A stretch of DNA of 64,000 nucleotides from Paraspadella gotoi. Lineage: Eukaryota; Animalia; Chaetognatha. Below, one piece after another: positions 1 to 12,804 of this stretch. Position 1 is the first letter of the stretch; every line of letters starts with the position of its first letter. Both the position numbers and the translations under genes were made by a program. Below the pieces are notes generated by a model. The model searched no databases and had not been told where the DNA came from. It was given only the letters and a program-made list of their open reading frames with translations. The stretch is taken from positions 10,095,552-10,159,551 of the forward strand of contig CM119263.1 of NCBI GenBank assembly GCA_051294375.1, read 5' to 3'.

Positions 1-1096
1 CTCCCGTCCCCCTGCGCCCATCCGCACCGTCAGCCTCAAGCAGAATTGGACCGGCGCCGGGGAGACGGGCAAGACCGGTAATCCATCTCGTTCGGAGCTT
101 CCTGAGGCCATCGTCGACCCTCCGGCGCCCTCGGCTCAGGCGGCTTCCTCCTGCAGCGACGCCGAGTCACTCAGCGGCGCCTCAACCTCCTCGCCGACGA
201 CCACTTCCGGATTCGGAGACGTTGGTGGCGAAGGCGAAGGTGAGTCCTCGGAAAACAAGTCACTCCCAAAATTTGAATCTAGGGAGATGAAAAATTTCAG
301 TTTCATCGACATGAGCAAAAAAAAAGAGAAATAAATATGAAACAATGATTCCCATTGAAAAAAAAGGAATGATTTCGGAGAAAAAGAAAGATAATAAAAA
401 CCAGATAAAACGAAAACATGCGTTGGTCGAGAATAAAAACGAGATTGACAAAAATATATATTATATTATATTATATATATATATTATATATATATATATA
501 TATTAAATTATATTGCCACAATATAAGGATTGAAACAAAGATCAATTTTTTACCTTTAGGCGTCCAGCTTCGGAAAAACATCTCTCGGCCCCCGTCGACT
601 CGATCTAAAACGGAGGCGTCCTCGAAGGCCTTCGTCCAAAATTCCAAGCTGATTGAGACGCGGCAGAGGCAATCGGTCGAGGCAGAAGTAAAAGGTCGCT
701 GCAAGGACGCGGGCTTGGGTCGGTGTTGTATTTTAATTTTTAATAGCAGTGATTTTTGTTTAAGCAGAGAGGCTTGTTTGAATCCTTGATTCCTTAAATT
801 CTTTTTTCATTTCACCAGGTCTCCACTGGAATCCTTCCTTCACTGATGGCGGCGTCGGCGGCATCTACTGCTTGATCTCCCGTCCGCCGGCGAGCGACGA
901 GCGAGCAGACGCCATTCAGCAGCTGGCGTCGTCACCGCCGCGTATCCATCGCCACCACGGAAACATTGCCACTGGGGAGGCCGCGCGGGACGAGGCGCAA
1001 TCTCCGTCTGTCAAGGAACTGATGAGCCGGTTTGAGCGAGGCCGTCGGAAGGCTGATGCCGAGGCCGAGGCAGATGGAGGGAGTCTTGGCCGATGA
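1..1096 (+). CDS. 3' end of a spliced gene for an unknown Ser/Pro-rich protein (5' part outside window)
   Basis: GC-rich exons ~2-239 (SRPPAPIRTVSLKQNW...GEGE, donor gtgagt), ~560-718 (GVQLRKNISRPP...; donor uncertain) and 819-1096 (...SPSVKELMSRFERGRR...GR*), separated by AT-rich introns. No recognisable domain. Confidence 0.6.
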
Positions 1097-3245
1097 GGCG
1101 AAACCGATGACTTCTCTCTTCTCTCATTTGGATTCTTTTCTTTCAATATTTTTTTCCCTTTTATTGGTAATTTGACGGTCGCGGCTTTTCTTTCATTATG
1201 ATTATTTTGTTAATTTTTTGATATAATCGTTTTAGTTTCTCTCTTTCTCTCTCTCTCCTCTCTCTCTCCTCTCTCTCTTCTCTCTCCCTCATCTCTTTTT
1301 GGCCCATATTGGCTTCGAGATTTCGTTTTCGCTTGTCGTAGTCGTACTAGTCGTAATCGCGAAGCGACGAAATATCAAACGGTGTCGAAAAGTAACTTCA
1401 TTGACGATTATTCCTGAAGTGCTCAATATCGTCAGTCTTTTACCTTGTGCTCGGTAGTTAGTTTTTCTGTGGTTTCAGGTTATAATTGTTTGGTCTATAC
1501 AAACGTTTCTTTTGTCGAAAGTTACGATCTATTGTTTAACCGTCAACTACTCTTGCCATATAAACAGTCTGTGATGTTCCGAGGTTTCGTATCAGAGTAC
1601 TGATAGCTTTTGTGCAGCCGTATTAATATATTGCAGCATTAGAATAGCTCGGTTTAAAAATTGTTCGGAGTCTTTACGTTGAGAGGGCGAGAGATGCGTG
1701 TGACATCAGTCAACTTTCTAGAAGCTATCTGTTGTAACGAAATGTTTTTAATTTGTTTTTTCTTTGTCAAAACTCCAGCTGAAATTTTTTTCTTAGCTTA
1801 GCTTTAGTTTTTTAGGGCAAAGAAAAAATTAACTTTTCATATCTATTTATTTTTTAAAAACGTAAGATTAAAACAGATTATCCAAACATTCCAGGAAAGG
1901 GTTATGATAACAGCTCTTTCTCTAAAATTGCCAACTTTAACACTTTTTTGTCATTAAATATTTCTACTTTATGAGCTTTAAACTTTACTCAAAATCTGGC
2001 GGTTACCTTCTCATGACTCTAATTTTAGATTAGATTCCCGAATTGCATTTACAAAAAAATCTCCGTCGCTTTGTTCCTCCTTTTAAATGCAGGAATTCGC
2101 TTTCCCTCATCTAAGTTTTTTCTTTCCCACTCTTCCTTCGCAAGATTATTTAGGCATGCGCGTAACAACCTCGCCCCTTCCTCAATCCTCAATCCTCATG
2201 TATCTATTTGCTTTAAAATTCTCTCTTTTTTTCAAGTTAAAATTTAGACCAAACGTCACTTAATCATCTTTTGATTTAAATTAGCTCACGCAACAGTGCA
2301 ATGTAGTTGAGTAGCATGTAGTTAGTTTCCGAAAGAGTCGTAGTTTGCCAAAGCGTTTGGGTCTTTTCATTCGTTTTTTTTTTCTTTTTTGTGATATATT
2401 CACCACAAATTATTCAATTTATTTTGCGCACTTTTTTATTTTGTAAGATTTCTATCTGGTAATTATTATTATTGATAATTATTGTATTGCTTCACCAATT
2501 TGATAGAATTATACTCATTTACAACAAAGAACACTGTTTGATAATTTCGAATTCATCGACTACATTTGATAGTTCCTCTAAGTTTTATATTTTGCAGTCA
2601 TTTTTTAAAAAAATACTGATTGTTTTGAATTTGAATTAATTCATAGAAATTAATTCATTTCCTTTTCGTGGCATCACATTTGATTTTATTTTTAAATTCC
2701 GGATTCGTAAGTTAATATTTCTGATCCCTCACCCCCGAAAGCGATTGAAAAAAAAAAATTTTGACCGAAGATCACTTGATCAGTATCACCCGGTGCTGTC
2801 ACACACAGACTAGATTTCTGAAGTCTTTAAATTGGCACTTTGAAAGAAAATGACACAGGAAATATCGTCACTCTTTTCATGAATAATTATTGTATCGTAT
2901 GTATAATATCTACATAGCAAGTATGATGAATTGTTATTTATATAAAAAAAAAGGTACGTCAAACCAGATTCAATAGTCATTTGCGAAAAAGTAAATCGCA
3001 GGAGCGAGCATCAAGTTCAAGAATGGTCCTTTTGATAAAAATGAGCGCTTGCGTGAAGAATCGAGATTAGATTGAGTGCTAAAGCGACAGCTCGTGATCC
3101 GATGAAAAGAGACTTTGTTTAGTTGTTCAAAATAAAAACGCCATTATTAATGAAAAAGAACAAACAACCCGCACAAAAGCCGCGAAAATTGATTATAAAA
3201 CTTGGCGTGGTGATCGTAATTTAAACTCGACTGAAAAATTCGAAA

Positions 3246-5962
3246 ATGATCCGCGAAACTACAACGATCGTCCTTTTAGTTTTAGCGACCGCGGATGGGA
3301 TCTTCGGTTGGAGTCAGTGCGGCATTCGTGGCTCGCAGAATCGGGTCGCCGGCGGGCGGGAGGCAGGCATCGGCGAGTGGCCCTGGCAGGTGAGCCAAGT
3401 TTGTTAACGTCAATGGCAGTTGTTTTAATGTCAAAAAGAAGACGGTCCAAACCCAACATAATGATACTTGCTTCGTAACTGATAACCGTATAGGAGAAAG
3501 ATCGGTTCATCCGCAATGATTTTATTTTTACGTGTATTTCTCGTGAATTGACATGACGTGACATGATATGGACATGACGACATTACCTTTCTTATCATGT
3601 GCATCGGAATGGCGTATTTTATTCTTTTCCTGAAGCGACGCCAGCAGTCCCTTTGATTTGAGTTTTTCTGTCTTAACAAATGAGCAACTAACTTTTGGCA
3701 ATTTATGTGCATTTTTAACGTAAGTGGGACAGATCGACAGACCGGCCGAAAAGTTACTTAAAATAGTTAAATAGAGTTTCTCAGCAATTAAAAACAAACA
3801 AAGAAAAAAGAATAGTTTGATTTCAGATTCAATTGAGATACTTCCGTCCCGACGGTTCCGGTTCAAACAACTGTGGTGGCAGCATCCTCAACGATCGATG
3901 GATTCTCACTGCCGGTCATTGCATGATGCACAGGTAAACGCGAAATGATTATGTGGATGAGGCGCTAAGTGGGCTGCACTGTAAGCAATGGAATGGGTCC
4001 AGGACTTGGAACCAGTGCGACCCATTATTTGATAAATTTGAATAAAGACACTATAAGTATTAGATCAATAAATTTGAAAACTAAAATGACAATTTTTTTC
4101 CCACTTTTTCAATCTGACTTTCATTTTTTGCCTCATATGTTGCGGCAAAGAATAAGGAAGACATTTTTAGTTAGTTAATTATTTTTAAACCATTTAGATT
4201 ACAGCCTTTACCCTCGAGGTGTAGGGTAGACACTAGACAGTATGTTCATGAAGCCCAGACCTTTGGATGTGGAAGCCGGTCCAGGCCTACAGGCGGGTTA
4301 CCCGGTCCATGCCACTTTCTACATGACAACCTCAGGGCTCGAACCAGGGACGTCTATTAGGATGGTGCATTAGTCTACTGAGCCACTTAGGCGCTGCGCA
4401 GGAAACAGCTTTAATCCATCTGTGGTGATAGGACCACCATACCGTAACCTATTTTTAAAAATATAGATTCTCAGTGAGCAGGGTAAATTTTTATGATTTT
4501 TTTTAAAAAATGGTTATTTTCTGTTGTTGGTAATACTTTCATACCCTTATGTCTAGTATTGAATAGAATAAAGTCATATGAATGTATGAAGACAAAGGAG
4601 ACAAATTGGAATGGTAAGAGCATAAAAAGTAAGTAAAGAAAAAGAGATCAAAGGGGAAAAAATGCTCCCCGATTATTCGGAATTTATTTATTTTTCAAAC
4701 TAAACAATCGACAGTAAAAACGTCCGCGATTACGTGGTATACGTCGGGCAACACAACGTCAATCGACCGGGAACTTACACGAAAAAGTTGCGGGTGGAGC
4801 GTCTCGTCCAGCATCCCCGATACACCTACGGAGTTGCGCCGTACGACATCGCGCTGGTTAAAGTGGCGTCGCCGATAGATTTCAACAACCCCGTGACCAG
4901 CCCCGCGTGTCTCCCGAAGACGAACAAGAATTTCGAAGGCGAGTCAGTCGATGGACGCCGACGTTGTTGACGTTCTTAATAATTGTCCGTAACTTTTTTT
5001 ATCTTCGTCCTACTCAACGCATCCAGGCCAGTATTGCTTCATCTCTGGATGGGGCTTCACCATGAAATCGTCAACCAATCAGTGGGATGAAAGACTCCAA
5101 ACAGTGGGGTCGACCATCTGGAATACGGCCGAGTGTCGCCGCGCAGCCGGTCGCGTCGGCATGGGGACCAGCAACATCCGAGATGGGATGCACTACTGCT
5201 TCGGAAACGGGAACGTCAACAGTTGCCAGGGGGATTCTGGCGGGCCGCTCTCGTGCCTCGACGACGATGGGTATTACAAAGTAAGTAGCACTCTGTTAAA
5301 AAAATCTGCTAGTTTGCCTGTTAGGCTAACTTGTTGGGGCAACTTAACGTACCCACAGTGGCGCCGACTGCCCTGAAGTTAGTGGTTACCCTAAGACCGT
5401 CACGACCGTTCCAAGATAGCGGGACGTTTTGATTATCAGCAGATCCCGACTCTATGATGCCCGTCTGTCTGTCTGTCTGACCGTCCCATCTTAGCAAAAA
5501 CACCAATTACTCGTGATTGGATGGATGGATTGGAATAAAATTTTGTGTGTGGGTAGGGAAGTGTGTGATTGAGCTGGATATGAAGCTTCGATGGAATGAG
5601 TGGAAATGAGTTTAAATGGGAAAAACAAAAAAATCTATTTCACTATTTGAACACTATTGGATGGGGCGATTGACTTTAAATTTTGTATATCGATATATGG
5701 ATTATGAAGTTTGTGATTAAGCTGGAAATAAAGTTTTAATGGAATCGTTTGAGTGGAAATGAGTTTAAATGGAAAAAACAAAAAACCTTACATTAAATGT
5801 AAATGCAAGATGTATTAATGTAAAAATTATCTTATTTTCTTTTAACGCAAGGTTGTGGGGCTGGCCTCCTGGGGCCATTCAAACTGTCGCACTCCCGGAG
5901 CTCCTTCGATCTACACGAGGGTTGGCGCATTTTTGGACTGGATACACGCCACCATGAAATAG
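3246..5962 (+). CDS. Secreted S1-family (chymotrypsin-fold) serine protease, 5 exons
   Basis: Exons 3246-3389, 3827-3933, 4715-4938, 5027-5280, 5852-5962. Signal peptide [18 protein letters not shown]; CG..R|VAGG activation site; GEWPWQ; [14 protein letters not shown] (His); YDIALVK (Asp); CLP; SGWG; SCQGDSGGP (Ser); SWG; PSIYTRV..FLDWI. Confidence 0.95.
4196..4399 (-). mobile_element. tRNA-derived SINE in protease intron 2
   Basis: Minus strand reads ...TGGCTCAGTAG (A-box-like)...GGTTCGAGCC (B-box), followed by a GC-rich body, inside an AT-rich intron. Confidence 0.55.
5425..5790 (+). mobile_element. Helentron/DINE-1-like non-autonomous element (HINE-type) remnant
   Basis: ...CCCGACTCTATG followed by (GTCT)n, then an internal ~140-bp duplicated segment (5570-5635 vs 5713-5785). 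Same start architecture as 7165 and 10295 (minus). Confidence 0.4.
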
Positions 5963-6302
5963 GATTATAAAAAAAAAGAGAGAGAATTTATTCGATTTGC
6001 AATCCTTTTCTAAAAAATATAACCTTAGCTTTTTGCATGTTTGTTGTATTTTTTTTTTTAAATTGCAATAAGTACGTATTTTTTATGAGCTATAAAATAC
6101 ATGTCTCTCGAGAGTGATAGGCTTTGTTAGTTTATAAAAATATAATAATTTAATCAGGAAAAACGAATGAATACCTAGGAAAAACGGAAAAATACAGGCA
6201 ACTAATAATTATCGACTATAGTCTATACATGTACATGTGAAAAAATCGTTCGAAAATATACAAAATTGTATCAGATCTGGACTTCGTCTCGTGGCTCACA
6301 AC

Positions 6303-8036
6303 TCATAAAATCATTGTTCGGATTCTCAACTCCATCACGAGAGCTTCGCCGATGGGCAGCTTCATAAACGACACTAGTTGGAACCCGAATTTTCGGTAGA
6401 ACCTGTCGAAGCGTAGAACGAATGAGATAAAAATGAAATTGATAAACCAGCGAGCCAAGTCTTACTCTCCAAAATTTGATTACAATTGTAATATACGAGA
6501 TCAAAAGGTTACAAATCACCACACCATTTGCTACTGAGAATGATATGTGTCAGTGATATAAGCGAAAATCGACCTGATGGCGAGTTCGTCGTCAGAATGA
6601 ACGTTGAGGACAACACGCTCTACGAGTGAATCTTCGCGAGAGGCGCTGATCACGTGACGCATCAGTTTGGTTCCCACTCCCTTAAAAAAGTAAAACCGTC
6701 GTTTTCGAGCGAGAATTAAGCGTTTTCTTTCTATTTCGCTTAAGTAAGGTTTAGTCACGCGGGAAAATCAAAGAAGAAAGAACCAACGCGGACATTGGTG
6801 AAAAATTTTATGACCGAAAGATTTTTTCTCTAGTTTCCTTTTGCCACCTTGAAAAAAGGTCAAGTTCAATGAGTCTGAAATTTTCATTCTTTTAAAATAA
6901 CCACATTCTCTTTAATTTATGAAATCATAACTTCAAGTCCCACTCCATCCCTACCCCTTACCCGGCGCCGAAATTTCCTAAGGACGCCGATGGTCGAGAT
7001 GTTGATTTCTTTCTTGATTTTCTTGTGCTTTTGTTTGACGACGACGAAGCAGCAAACGGCACCTGCCGCCGAACCGTCCACATAAGCCAGTTGTGAGAAG
7101 GGAGCCGAATCGTTTATCAGGTCGTAGTAGCTGGAGAAGTCCGGAAAGGTTGATGTTACGTCTTTAGTTGAGCCGCGTGTACTCGCGGAGCAACTCTATA
7201 AGTCACTTTTCGGTCGGTCGGTTGGTCGGTAGGTATATCTGTCGACGGTCTGTCCCACTTACGTTAAAAATTAAAGTTCAAAAGTAATATTGATCAATCA
7301 ACAAAAAATATAATGAAGACCATTTAATGAAATTAAAAAAAATATCTAAATCAATAATAATAATTAATGACAAATGAGGATCATTTGATAATACTTAAGG
7401 AAATGGTCATTTTATACAGTTGAAACATTGAATTGAAATATTATACCACTTCAGTCATGTACAGTTGTACACTCATAAACGAAACTGTCTTGAATCGAGA
7501 CTTGATTGAAAGCTTGTTGGAACCTGCTATGCATTATCTCGTAAGTCAGAAGAAAGATAGCTTATTTATTAAATGAATGGATAATTTTATATTGGTTGTA
7601 CCAATTTCACAGAATATTTATGATCATCAAATATTTTAATTTATCAATCCACTACCCCTCAAAGCGATCCAACTTTACTCAATAAAGTAGAAATATTTAT
7701 TATTTAGTAACTCTTCAAAGTTCCTTACGCGTCGCTGTAGTTAACGCCTTTGAACAATTCAAGGTTGACGCTTCGCACATCTTCGATCCGCCCGTCCGTA
7801 TCTTTCATCGTGATCGTCGTTGTTGTCGCCGCTGTCGCCGCTCCATCGTCCGACTCGTCAAAGTAGAAAGAGTTTCGACCGTATATCGAGGTGGGGCGTT
7901 TTATCGCGCCACCGGCGCCGCTTCTGAGGGTGACGCCACCGGCGCTGCCGACGACGCTGAGGTCGCTTCGGGAGTTTTCTCCACGAACGGCACCGCGACT
8001 TCCGGTCGGTCGAGTCGCCCAGTACATCGTAGCCAT
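6303..8036 (-). CDS. Divergent Naa50/San-like GNAT acetyltransferase, 4 exons
   Basis: Exons 8036-7729, 7130-6962, 6680-6574, 6402-6303 with compatible phases. Protein ...VNYSDAYYDL..FSQLAYVDGSAAGAVCCF...INISTIGVLRKFRRRGVGTKLMRHVI...VVLNVHSDDELAIRFYRKFGF... parallels Naa50 (LAY..D..VGAVCC, RRxGxGT AcCoA motif, AI.FYRKFGF). Confidence 0.85.
7163..7262 (+). mobile_element. HINE/Helentron-like element end in GNAT intron
   Basis: TTTAGTTG..CCGCG-tgtact-CGCGG..CAACTCTATAAGTCAC followed by (CGGT)n: hairpin plus GTCG-type microsatellite. Confidence 0.45.
7415..7612 (+). repeat. Dispersed repeat copy (also ~16160-16392 and ~26041-26268 reverse)
   Basis: Shared blocks TTGAAACATT..GAAATATTATACCA, GATTGAAAGCTTG, CATTATCT.GTAAG and TATATTGGTTGTACCAATTTCA recur at all three loci. 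Confidence 0.65.
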
Positions 8037-8176
8037 TTGTAGCCGTTGATGTTATTCTTAATCTCAGCTGAGGAAAGTGGGGTGATCAGGGGAGGAAGAG
8101 TAGCGGAGAAGAGACAAACAGAGGGAGAGAGAGCGTTTCCCTCGAATTTTCAAGCGTAGTAAAAAGACTAAATCTG

Positions 8177-9355
8177 CAGGGGTGGGACCATATATCGAGA
8201 CCAAACTTAACGTCCTGCCCTGTATGAACGATTTGAGATACAATAATAAAATGAGTGGCAAACGTCGTGGATGTTTTCAAAACGCGCGCGCATTGTATTG
8301 CATACGATGAAAGCCATACTTGTTAATATTTTTCGGTGATCGTTTCTGAACATGACAATCTTCAATTCACATCTTCAATTCACCTGATTTTAAGCATTTC
8401 ATCACTATCCAAATTAAACCCATTTAATTGTTTTTCAGGTAAGTAAAATAAAATTTTATGAAAATTTTGACAAATATGCTTAAATCATCAAATACTTTAT
8501 GTATTTATTACCATCTTGACTTTTTTAGTATGCATTGAGAAATCTTACAAGATTAATTTATTTATTTGACAATCTCGTTAACTCCCCGGTGAGAGCGAGA
8601 ATTCTCTCTTCCCCCCCGTTGGTGTTACTTCTAGTGAAGCGTGACGGGACGTCTAACCTACCTGTAGTGGCGGAACATTGCCGGAAGGATTATTATACTA
8701 TAAATAATTATTTTAAAAAAATTATTTTTATCTGTTATATCTTAGAATGGTATTAAATTATAAGTATTCAAACATTTTTCTTCCAAACCGCGCGCTACAT
8801 CAAAGAAAGTATCATAAATATTATAATATTATTATTATTATAATTTATATCAAAGAATTTCATAACAATTAATATATCGCTAAGAGAGAGTATTTGAAAA
8901 AAAGAGAGAGAAACATTTTTGTATTTATTGCTCTGTGGCGTTTATAGCCTAATAATACCTCTCGACGCCTTGAAACTCGTTTTCACATCGTTTGTCTTTT
9001 AGCGAAGGGTTTGACTTTGAGAGGCAAATTTGTACGATATTTTAGTTGGTCTCAACGCTTGTTGATTGTTGGTTTCTTTCTTTCTTTCTTCTTCTTTCTT
9101 TCTCTTTCTTGTTCTTTCTTTCTTTCTTTCTTTCTTTTTTTTCTTTCTTTTTTCTTTTTCTTTTTTTCTTAATTAATATATTTATACCACGTTTCTAAAA
9201 TATTAGCTAAGGCCAAAGCATAAAAATTGGGAAAACAGTCGCTTTAATGAAAATAACTAAACCTACCTGATAAAGAGAAAGAGAATTAAAAAAGAAAGAT
9301 TAAAAAACAAGTAGCAACGAAAGAAAGAAAGAAAGAAAGAAAGAATTAATTAATT

Positions 9356-9390
<35 letters not shown>

Positions 9391-9605
9391 GTGCTACTTG
9401 TTTTTTAATCTTTCTTTTTTTAATTCTCTTTCTCTTTATCAGGTAGGTTTAGTTATTTTCATTAAAGCGACGTTTTCCCAATTTTTATGCTTTGGCCNNN
9501 NNNNNNNNNNNNNNNNNNNNNNTATTTATTCAGATTTTAAAAATCATAAACAGGTTTAGAGTAATAATTTTTTAAATTTTGTCTTGATATATGGTCCCAC
9601 CCCTG
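8177..9605. mobile_element. Putative non-autonomous DNA transposon bounded by ~25-bp TIRs
   Basis: Left CAGGGGTGGGACCATATATCGAGAC; right GTCTTGATATATGGTCCCACCCCTG followed by TA. No transposase ORF; the interval includes an N gap. Confidence 0.5.
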
Positions 9606-9715
9606 TAGTATTTACGATCAAGTATTGATTTCAATGTGAGAATCGCAATTCATTTAGATTTAGAATAAAAATAATTTTGGGGCAAAATTTTTTTCTTTTT
9701 TTTTCTATTAATTTT

Positions 9716-9863
9716 TTGAGAGAAAAAACAAAGTTTATTTTTGTTTACAAACAACGAGTTTTATTTTTCTGAAGAAGATTCGAAAAAAGAGTCGAATCAT
9801 GTCAGTTTGAAAAATAAAACTCGTTGTTTTGTAAACAAAAATAAACTTTGTTTTCTCTCTCAA
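9716..9863. repeat. Inverted repeat (~55-bp arms), MITE-like
   Basis: GAGAAAAAACAAAGTTTATTTTTGTTTACAAACAACGAGTTTTATTTTT is mirrored by AAAAATAAAACTCGTTGTTTTGTAAACAAAAATAAACTTTGTTTTCTCTC. Confidence 0.7.
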
Positions 9864-10104
9864 CTTTAAAACGCCACGAAACGTAAGCTTTTCACTAGTT
9901 AATACTAGTCGTATCTCTATTAATTTTTTTTAAAAATTTACCGATCGTTAGTTTTGATTACAAAAACTCAAAACATTTATTTAAACTTATAGATTTAAGT
10001 GTCTTCCGTTTATCGATTTAAACTTATTTCTACTCGCACGAATCTAAGTGAAACTTGATTTCCTTCTCTATAACTCATTTTACTTCCCACTCACTTTTTT
10101 TTTC

Positions 10105-10297
10105 TAATTCATTCATCCAAACACGAGTAATTAGAGTTTACATTAAGGTAGAACCGATGGATAGATGGAGTGCAGATTGACGGATAGATGGAAGGACAGA
10201 CGGACGGCTGGACGGATAGGAATTTTTAATAGAGCCGACAGACCGACTAGGTGAATTACGGAGTCGGGAAAGCTGTCAACAAAGCCGACTAAAAAAT
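10105..10297 (-). mobile_element. HINE/Helentron-like element remnant
   Basis: Minus strand: TTTTTAGTCGG...CCCGACTCC...GTCGGTCTGTCGG...(CCGT/CTGT)n...TACTCGTG..TGGATG; shares TACTCGTG..TGGATG with the 5425-5790 copy. Confidence 0.4.
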
Positions 10298-10655
10298 AAT
10301 AAAAGAAATAAATTTTTTTAAAGATCACGCCCTCCGCTCGCCCCATGGTAATTCATAGCGTGCCTCGATTTACTTTCCCATCGAACAAACATTTTTGTAT
10401 TTATTGCTCTGTGGCGTTTATAGCCTAATAATACCTCTCGACGCCTTGAAACTCGTTTTCACATCGTTTGTCTTTTAGCGAAGGGTTTGACTTTGAGAGG
10501 CAAATTTGTACGATATTTAGTTGGTCTCACGCTTGTTGATTGTTGGTTTTCTTTCTTTCTTTCTTTTCTTTCTTTTCTTTCTTTCTTTCTTCTTTCTTTC
10601 TGTCTTTCTTTTCTTTCTTTTTCTTTTTCTTTCTTTCTTAATTAATTAATAATAT

Positions 10656-10829
10656 TTATACCACGTTTTCTAAAACCATATTAGCTAAGGCCAAAGCATA
10701 AAAATTGGGAAAAAGTGCTTTAATGAAAATAACTAAACCTACCTGATAAAGAGAAAGAGAATTAAAAAAAAAAAGATTAAAAAACAAGTAGCAACGAAAG
10801 AAAGAAAGAAAGAAAGAAATTAATTAATT

Positions 10830-10861
<32 letters not shown>

Positions 10862-11003
10862 TCGTGCTCTTGTTTTTTAATCTTTTTTTTTTTAATTCTC
10901 TTTCTCTTTATCAGGTAGGTTTAGTTATTTTCATTAAAGCGACGTTTTCCCATTTTTATGCTTTGGCCTTAGCTATATATGGTTTTAGAAAACGTGGTAT
11001 AAA
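10656..11003. repeat. ~350-bp near-perfect palindrome centred on ATTAATTAAT (second, gap-truncated copy at ~9181-9497)
   Basis: TATACCACGTTTTCTAAAACCATA..GGCCAAAGCATAAAAA...(AAAG)n|(CTTT)n...TTTTTATGCTTTGGCC..TATGGTTTTAGAAAACGTGGTATA. Confidence 0.8.
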
Positions 11004-11980
11004 ATAGTATAATTATATATACTCCAGTGATGAATAGGAAAAAAAAAGAAATGAAAAGCTAGTAGGCAGTGAGCAAACAATAATTATTATGCGTAATAAA
11101 GTTCAACTTGGGGTATTAAATGCTTTACTAAAACGGTTAAAAAGTCTGCAAGTCCAACGAATTGCACAGTCGGTCTGATTCTGATTTTTCGAAATAAAAC
11201 GAACGCAGATGGATGAATAAAAAAATTAAAAGATGAATTTTAAAAAAGTCGATTTGCCAAGGTTTATCGATGACCGATCCGTAATATCAATGACCCGACC
11301 CATAAATTAAATCATCGATCACGAATGTCGGTCGCTCTTTTATTATTAATAAGACATTAGATTCGTTTGTAAAATTTTGATCTTTTAAGTTAAGATCATC
11401 ATTTCACGGAGAAGAATAATAGAAATTGTTCAATACTCATATATCTTTGATCACAAGCTTGATCTTACAGAATACCGCTGTATAACCAATTAACTATTAA
11501 TATGTTGTTTTCGGAAATTATAATATTAAATAATTTTAAATTAAAAAAGATTGTTTAATTAAAGGAAATAATAATTATCAAAAAACATCAATTCAAGCGA
11601 GCGGTTTAAAAATCTTAAAAAAAATCTATTATATGTAGTTGTTATAAAATGTAGTTTTCACTTTCTGAATTTAACAATTTATACATTGTATGAAGAAAAT
11701 TTGAAAGAAAAAAAAACGACTTTCCCGGATCGATTCTCGACGATTTTAAAGTTTGCAGGTGAAAAATTGAGAAAACGAAAATGGGCGGAAAAAACTCACG
11801 AGAAGAAATCTCTGATCTTTTTTCAGCTTCGAATTTTTGGTTCTCGATGTTGTTCTAACTCGGAGATTGTTGTTCTACTCGGAGATGTTGTTCTTGGCGT
11901 CGATGCTGTTATGCGAATCGATGTTGTCTTGTCTTTAACTTTTAAGATTGAAATGTATAAAATTAATTGTATCTAATCAA

Positions 11981-12168
11981 TTATGGTGGACTAAAGTCCA
12001 CCAACCATTTCATCAGCGGCCATGCTACAGGAGGCAAGGAATTCGCTTCCCAACCCAAAGGTCCCGGGTTTCTAGCCCGGTGGTCGCCTAACAGTAAAGC
12101 TGTCGGGCGCTAAACCCGCCTGCAACACGGTTTTAACAGCCTGATCCGAAGCTCAGGGACTGCTTATA
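11981..12168 (+). mobile_element. tRNA(Gly-like)-derived SINE (copies ~14525-14697 + and 26316-26503 -)
   Basis: GCGGCCA...TTCGCTTCCCAACCCAAAGGTCCCGGGTTTCTAGCCCGGTGGTCGC tRNA-like head with shared tail GCCTGATCCGAAGCTCAGGGACTGCTTA. Confidence 0.65.
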
Positions 12169-12804
12169 TTGAATGTTCTATTACTAACGTCATTACTCTC
12201 TCTTCAGTATCTAATTGACTATTATTTAGCGCCAGAATCCCATAGATCCGGCGAGAAAAAAGATATAATGAGAAAAAGGATCATAGATTCATCTCGGCGA
12301 TCGAAAGTAATGAGCTATCCCAATTATTATGTTGGTTTAAATAAAAACAGGAGGATTTTTTTATATAGCAAAAAGATAATAATTTTTTTTGTTGGGATGA
12401 ACATTGAAAAATTTAGAAACTCTTCCTCTCCTCTTCTTCCTCTCTTTCCTCCTTTTTTCTTTTTTTTTTTGCCTCCTTTCGTCTGCTTGATGTCTTTTCT
12501 TTTTCTGATCAAAGAAAAAACGAATTAATGCTCATTGAAAATTAATTGATTTAGAATAATAAGTTTTTGATAGGGCCGGAATTCACCGAATTAGAAAAAA
12601 ATCTACATGAAATCGGTACAATGAACAATTGAACTATTGGCCAATGGACAATATAATGGACATATAAAAAGTATTCATATTATTTAATAAATAAAGCTAT
12701 CTTTGTCTCCTTTCTTTGGAACAGGCCTCCCCACTTATTTACAATTATAATAACAGTGCGGAATACAATAAGTATTCCCCGATCTAATAAACATAAGGGA
12801 GTTG

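Noticed and set aside
12016-12088. Possible tRNA-Gly gene
   Set aside because: Degenerate D-arm and a shared non-tRNA tail across dispersed copies indicate a SINE.
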